This document shows positions 57,581 through 64,000 of a stretch of DNA of 64,000 nt, one piece after another. The stretch is from assembly GCA_030141605.1 (NCBI GenBank), contig JAQGDQ010000015.1:558001-622000 (forward strand). The letters are read 5' to 3'. The DNA is from Tubiluchus corallicola. Lineage: Eukaryota > Animalia > Priapulida. A program made the position numbers and the translations under genes. Positions within the stretch are counted from its first letter, which is position 1; each line of letters opens with the position of its first letter. The notes below the pieces were generated by a model. That model was given only the letters and a program-made list of their open reading frames with translations. It had not been told where the DNA came from and ran no database searches.

Positions 57581-58255
57581 GTATCTTTTCATCATTCATG
57601 GCGTGGCTACTAGAACTTAAACTGGGGACTAGTACTTCCTTTACAACAAATAGTTTTTAAAATTGCAAAATTTGTTTCCGTTGTTTAGCTATTGTCTTTG
57701 CCTTGGTAAATGGATCTCAGGTAGCAACAGCAATAAGTAATTTGTTAGTATTTAAGGGTTCATTAAAGACATACACATACCATTCTGTAATAGGGTTCTT
57801 TAGTTTCAACCTTAGTGCTGACAGGGGGCAAGATTTATCAACTATCTTATAAACTCTTTTGTTGTAAGGTCATTCCTATGAAAGATCGCAGTGTTATGCG
57901 GTAGTTGTGAAGCCTCTTAATTTACGAATTTTCATGAAATGTTTCCTTAGAATGCTTAACAAATACTTAGGAAGTTTCTTATGAATTCTATGATAAACTG
58001 GGCGCAATTGCTTTCCGAGGCCTCGCCATTAAGAATCCTTTATTGTTTTTTAGATTTACTAAGGGTTTCACAACATTCTAAACAGTATTTGTTGTATATT
58101 TGTATAGTAGCATGTATGTAAGCTCCTAGAATAAATGTGTAGTTGTGAGGTGGAACATCCCTTTACTATTGTCTTTCTTTGAGGAATTAATTTTATTACT
58201 TTCTATTGATTAGGCTTTGGTTGTACTAGCATATTCCTTAATTCATAATTAACAG
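57581..58255 (+). other. AGBL4: U12-type (minor spliceosome) GT-AG intron
   Basis: The 5' site is GTATCTTTT (consensus GTATCCTTT). The branch site TTCCTTAAT at 58234-58242 lies ~14 nt before AACAG|, with no polypyrimidine tract. Splicing restores the conserved PYT..SY..LGRNV. Confidence 0.85.
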
Positions 58256-58587
58256 ATGCTGCACTTGGAAGAAATGTCTGCAAAGGTTTCATTCAGTATT
58301 ATCGTATGCAAGGCCTGATTCCAGACAAGGCAATTCCCTACCCTGTCACTCTTCGGCCATCATTTTCTCAACCGGGGCAGCTCAACGTGCCAGTGCAGCA
58401 TACTAGCAGATCATCCAAGTCTCCACGAAGGAACTCCAGCTCCATGGTAGATGAGACAGAAGCCATTCGTATTGCTCAACGTCTACGAAAAATGAGTCTC
58501 TCAGACATGGGCCAATCTGCGGAGAGTACAAGTGTCGGTCGGCAGTCTAGACTCGCAGGAAGACAGTCTAGGGCACGTAAGTCATAG
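58256..58587 (+). CDS. AGBL4: AGBL4/CCP6 exon 11 (YAALGRNVCKGFIQYYRMQG... Ser/Arg-rich tail to TAG)
   Basis: LGRNV....YYR is conserved. The assembled CDS is 1638 nt (545 aa). The extreme C-terminus is uncertain because of a donor at 58577. Confidence 0.88.
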
Positions 58588-61434
58588 CTTTTGATCTCAG
58601 GTAAGCATTTTATTAAAATATACAATAAACACGTGCCCAAGCATGGCATATATTGCCTGAATATATTTTTTGTCTGACTATGTGATAAAATGCAGTTTGA
58701 TTTTCTTTGAGTACAACAAAAGGTTTCTTGATTTTTAAAGTGCTGTGATAAAATTTGCCTTAAGTAATTAATCTCAAAATTCGTCAACTTCTACATTCTT
58801 GTTGAAGTCTCTTTTGTTATTTATGACTATAAAGTCCGTCCATTCATTTCTTTTTTATGGTTTTTATCTGTGATATATTGTAACTTGCTGATTATTAGTT
58901 TTTACCATCATTACAATCATTTAGTTTGTTTAACATATTATGCTGTTTGTGCTATTCTCAAGGTCACCTGTGTAGCTAGAATTGTACACTGTTGCTTTTG
59001 TGTGTACATAATCCATTTTTGGTTAGTTAATAAAATTACCCCTTTTGTGCTAATGAAGTAATTATCTAGTCATAGTGTCCAACATATTGGATCATTTATA
59101 AGCTTATATTGCTTACGTCTTTACAATCATGTGTTATTTGAAATTACTAATAGGTTACATTAGTCTGATTATGCTTTTAAGAACAGTGTTGTGAATTTGT
59201 GCATCTAAAGAATTGCAGCAGTGAAAATAGGCCTACCCTGTTGTACTCACACATCATGCAACTGAAGCAAATAATAATGTTCAAAATATGTATTTTGACC
59301 TTGTATTTAATGCATTCTTTTGAATAGTATGTTATAAGTAAGATAAGATCATGTAAAGTTCCTAAATCAGATAGAAGCAATTATGCACAATGTTACATAA
59401 ATAGTGCACACCAAGTTTATCTTCGTCTACAAAATTTATATTAAACTGGTTAGTTTTAATATGACTAATAAAAATCATTAGAATGATTGTAATTGTCATT
59501 ATCATTTTTATTGTTAAAATTGTATCGAACATAGTTTCTTGTAAAAAGTTTTGCGTTTATAACGAACATTTACGGCTATAGGCAAGCAAAAGCCACTAAT
59601 TGCCAATTGACAGCTAACTCCCAAGTCTCAAACACAGCACGTCACTGATGCAATAAAATAACTGGCAAGAAAAACGAATGCAATGTGAACCATACTTGCA
59701 ATCTATGATTTCAGTTGCCTTTGATCTAGTCCAGTAATTGTGAGCTCCTACAGCAGCAGGAGTAAAGTCATTGTAGTAAGTTCCTGCAAATCTTTTCCAG
59801 CAACTCCTGAACAGTCATGTTTACTTCAATAGTGATTCTGATTAGGTCAAAGGTACATGGCTAATGGAAGTTGGGTGTCAAAGCCACGCTATATGCATTC
59901 TGATGAAGTCCTGGCTTTGTGAGAAGCTTCATCAAAAACTCTTGGCTTCTTGATTTGCAGGTTTGAGAAAATGCATCTGCTCCTATTATAGGAAGTTGCT
60001 CGAGGAATTCACAAATAGGTTGTGTGTATTGTCCGGGGAAATTCAATCAGGGATGAACAGAAAATGTCTAAGCGTGAGCTTTCTGATACATAGAATACTC
60101 TCTAATTACAGTGTTTGTATTATTATCACCGGAAAGGTTTATGACATGTTTTTTATGATTCAAACAGTCACTTTACTAACACATTTTTACTTGCATCTAA
60201 ACAGAAATTCAGTTGACGTTTTATAACAAGACGATTAGAACTGTAAGTTGGACTGAATAATAGATGTATGCTACCATGATTGTGACACATTTTTGCTTAG
60301 CTGCATTTATTGAAATGACTCATTATAGTGGATCATAGCAGGAATTGAATCACAGCAAGAGATTGGGAAAATTTAGGGTATTAGACTTGGCTGATTAAAA
60401 TAGTGATTGCAAATAATCACTAAAACTTTATGTTCAAGGATACAGGAGTTCCTCTACAGATTGATATTTTAAGCACACTATGTAAATTGTAGTGAACTTT
60501 TATTCACAGTTAAAAAATGCCTCAACGAGTTGCTTCAATTCAGATGTTGCCTATCCTTTGTCATGCTTACCCTTCCTTGTAGTGCTAGTGTCTTGGGTTA
60601 GTCACAATAAATTTTTCTTGTGTCTTTGATAATCTGAGATCTTTGGTTAACCAAAATAAGTAGTATAAAAAGTTAACGTATTAGATGGTTTCCTGAAAAA
60701 TAAATTGAAGTGTGATAAGTTGAGACATGTAACAATCATTCTGCAATTGAACATTGACAGTCTCATAGTGGTGAGCCAATCAGCAAAACACTAAATTCAA
60801 AACTATTTTAGTAAAAGCAATTGCACGCAACAGCAGTAAACTAGACTATAAACTAAGCTACTAAACTTATGATCAGACTAAGCGTCTCCAGCTTTGCCAT
60901 AAAAACACAAAACGTTTGTAAAACTAAAGCAGTCGTAAACCAGGCTGCTTGATTGGCTTACACTATATGAGCAAAACAACCGCTGAGAAGCTCTGATAAA
61001 GGTAATTGCACATGGTAGACTGCACCTGCCTTCTGTTCCATACTGCTTTCCTGAGCAGGTGAATATCAGAGAAATAGTGAGTCTTGCCATTCTTATCACA
61101 TGGGAAACCAGGTTTGCTCATTTTACCCATTACATAACCAAGAGACTGTGTCTCGTGACCTTGGCAGCAAATACTTTGATCCATAAGAAAAGGTGAGTGA
61201 CATATGTTGCAGAAGGGAAACACAAAGTACACCTGCTGAGGCTGTAAGTGTTGTTTAAAAGTTAGTTCAATGTTTTGGTTGCAGTTTCATTTGCTTTACA
61301 ATCAGCATTTTAGCAAATGCTCGTTTTGGTGAAAGATTTGAACAGAAATATTCTGATGCCATCTTTTTTAGAATGGTAGATAATTGGTGAAATGAATTAA
61401 TAAAAACAAGCAGGTCAACATTAATCAAAAATAT

Positions 61435-61440
61435 TTTATT
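61435..61440 (-). terminator. Candidate poly(A) signal of POLR1A
   Basis: AATAAA on the minus strand ~340 nt after the stop codon, preceded by U-rich sequence. Confidence 0.5.
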
Positions 61441-61777
61441 TAAAACATAACAACAAAAACATACGTTTGAGAAAACTTAAATCGACATGTTAATTTCCTC
61501 AAAGCAGTAGAACAGCAACTCTGTCCTTTTCATATGCATTCATTATACAGAAAATTATTATCACTGATTATTAGTCTTTTTTTAAAAAATTACAGTTCAA
61601 AAACTCATCATACGTAAGATTCGTAGTTGCTGACTAATTTTGCAACGTAAGTAACTACATTACAGATTGGCATGCATCATATCATACATAGCAAACTTGA
61701 TAAGGTTAAGTTTACAGTGTAACTGCATATTATCACAGCCAAACGTGATTGCTTTCATTATGGTTAATAAAACCAAA

Positions 61778-61878
61778 TTAAATTAATGGTTGCATAAGAT
61801 CAATGCATCCTGTTCCACCTTTTGTCAGGCGACCAGTTACAATCCTAGATGACGGCGACTTCAGGTCATCTGGTGCAC
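61778..61878 (-). CDS. POLR1A: RNA polymerase I largest subunit (RPA1), last coding exon (GAPDDLKSPSSRIVTGRLTKGGTGCIDLMQPLI*)
   Basis: Acceptor tttttcctag|. Matches the RPA1 C-terminus D.L.SPSA..V.G....GGTG..L.QPL. Missed by the ORF track. Confidence 0.92.
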
Positions 61879-63463
61879 CTAGGAAAAACAGAAAAAGCAA
61901 AATTATTTTAGCCATTCTTGTCAGTAACATAAAGTGATCACAAAAATTGCTTTAGAATTTGCAAGTAAATATTTAACAGCTTCTACATTGTATTTTGAAT
62001 GGATTGAAGTAGTTAAAATTTTTGATACAACAATTTAGATTGGGTTAGATGCGCATGTTAATTTAAGTTACAAACAGCTTTAATCCTGAGGTGTATTTAA
62101 TGGGTGATTGGTTGAAAACTAATATGTATTTTCTACATTGGGCTTCCAATAACATCTTTTACATCTGCTAGTGCATCTCTTATGATGTAGACTTTAGGAA
62201 CTAATCATGTTAATAGTATCTCCAAATAAATACCTCTCCAATAGTGTATAAATACAAAAATTTGTGGTAAACGTGCCATTAAAAGTGTAATTAAGTTGCC
62301 ACAAACTTGTGTGTATAATGTACATTGTTTAGTAACTACAACTTCTGTTATCTCAGCGTTGATAATGTTAAAAAAAATTTTGGTGCTTGTGGTTTCTGCC
62401 AAAGTTCCCTGTTACTGTAAGCGTGCTTACAACTTGCATTTACAGGCGGGTGTACTGAGCTAGTGCAACATAAATGGAATGAATTATTTAGTGAATTTAC
62501 ATTCGTAATAAGGTCAGGACTGTGTTAATGGATTTACCCAAGCATCGAGTAAGTGAGTTAGGAGAAGATGAAGCGAGGTGAAGAACAACAGTAAAACACA
62601 GATAAACAGAGTAATAGGTAAATATTGGTGTGTCGCCTGAAATATTTACGAGCCAGAAAAGTTAAAAGCTGTCTGCTTAATTGAGAGCTCAACAGTGTTG
62701 TTAAAACATGTCGAATATGCCAAAGTGGAAACATATTGTGGGTTGAGGAGTTTATTGTGCATAGAGTTGCCTTGAATATAAGTGATGTTCACACGGTCAG
62801 TTTAACTGTAATCCTACATTAATGAAGCTGAAACTTCTGTAGTTGCTCTAACATCTAGTACTAGTATAAATGGAAAGTTGGATATTGGATAAAGTATTTG
62901 AGGCACCTCTCCCACTTCCCAGCTCAATTATCTCGGAGAGTGTTGTATGCTCTCATACAATGTTTAGAGCAGTGCATCATAAGCAAAAGATTTCCAACAT
63001 TTGGTGTATATTACAGGCATTTATTGGGAAAATATAAATAAAACAATTTTACTCAAATCAATGAATGAAATCACAATAATAAATTTTTTATCTTGTATAT
63101 TTTGCCCATTCTATTTATTTCATCTTTGTTTCATGAGTTGTCTCATATCTATTCTTTCTTTCATAGTTTGCCCAAGTTTCCCCATTCAGGCTTAGGCATT
63201 AATATCAGTGCATTTCTGTACATACCTCGACTGAATCCGGTCCCGATCTAATACCACAATGGGTTGCCCTAATTTGGATTGAAGGCCTGGAACACTTTTT
63301 CCTGGGACAATTTTCGAAAATTCGAAGACAAACTTAACATTACTTTGTAATCAAAACAATTCTACAGATGAAATGTTTGCAAGTGTAAGTTTGGTTTTCA
63401 TATACAGCTGGCTTATTCTATACTTTATATAAGCATGAAGACAACTTAAAGCTTTTTACTTAC

Positions 63464-63544
63464 CATGCAAAGTTGCTTTACGAAGAAAGTACATGGTTGT
63501 TTCAAAGCTCATCTTCTGAAAAGGTGATGAGTTCGAATCTATGC
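63464..63544 (-). CDS. POLR1A: RNA polymerase I largest subunit (RPA1), penultimate exon (GIDSNSSPFQKMSFETTMYFLRKATLHG); the gene continues beyond the window
   Basis: 81 nt, bounded by ttcag| and |gtaagt, phase 1-1. Contains the SP.Q.MSFETT..FL motif of region H. Confidence 0.93.
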
Positions 63545-64000
63545 CTGAAATAAGCAAAAATTAAAGGAAGTGAGAACCGTTAATAGGAATACCATTATCT
63601 ATTAACATATCAAGATAATCTTTAGAAAGACATGTGGCATTTTTGTTAAAGAAAAGAACACAAACTTTATTTTTATAATATTGTATAGTCATAGTCATAG
63701 TATAATAACATACCGACTCTATTAAATGGCGAATATGTTCCTTCGAAAGTCATGTAGTCTGAGATGAGAGACAAATGGCGCTGATCTACTTCTATGCCAT
63801 AAGCCTTGAACACATTTGTAATCTCCTGAAGCAAAACAAGGCCAAACATTTTTTGTAAGTGACAGCATTTTTTTTAGTTTTGTTTCTAGTTCTACCACAA
63901 TTTTTCACATACATGACATTTGTCGAAATAAAATTAAGTGCATTTAATTTTCTAACCTTTGCAACTTATTGTAATAGTCCAACACACAAACACACAACTG

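Overview
This is AT-rich (roughly 35% GC), intron-rich animal genomic DNA, probably from a protostome invertebrate (inference). Almost all ORFs in the supplied track are spurious. Three spliced genes can be assembled by hand. (1) A complete ELAV/Hu RNA-binding protein gene lies on the minus strand: three RRMs, 368 or 390 aa, a 20.6-kb intron and a ~4-kb U-rich 3'UTR. (2) A complete cytosolic carboxypeptidase 6 (AGBL4/CCP6) gene lies on the plus strand: 11 exons, 545 aa, with a U12-type last intron. It is head-to-head with ELAV, as human ELAVL4-AGBL4 are. (3) The last two exons of the RNA polymerase I largest subunit (POLR1A) are on the minus strand, tail-to-tail with AGBL4. Introns carry hAT, Tc1/mariner and pogo-like MITEs, a foldback-type element, and 5S- and tRNA-derived SINE-like fragments. 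There are no CRISPR arrays or prokaryote-type systems. The most notable signals are regulatory: the conserved ELAV-AGBL4 divergent pair with RFX X-boxes inside ELAV introns; a 47-nt cluster of miR-92/miR-9/miR-279 8mer sites overlapping a poly(A) signal; a cryptic terminal intron that would extend ELAV beyond RRM3; an in-frame hinge splice switch; and a long-range 3'UTR duplex. All gene models were made by eye and need RNA-seq confirmation.
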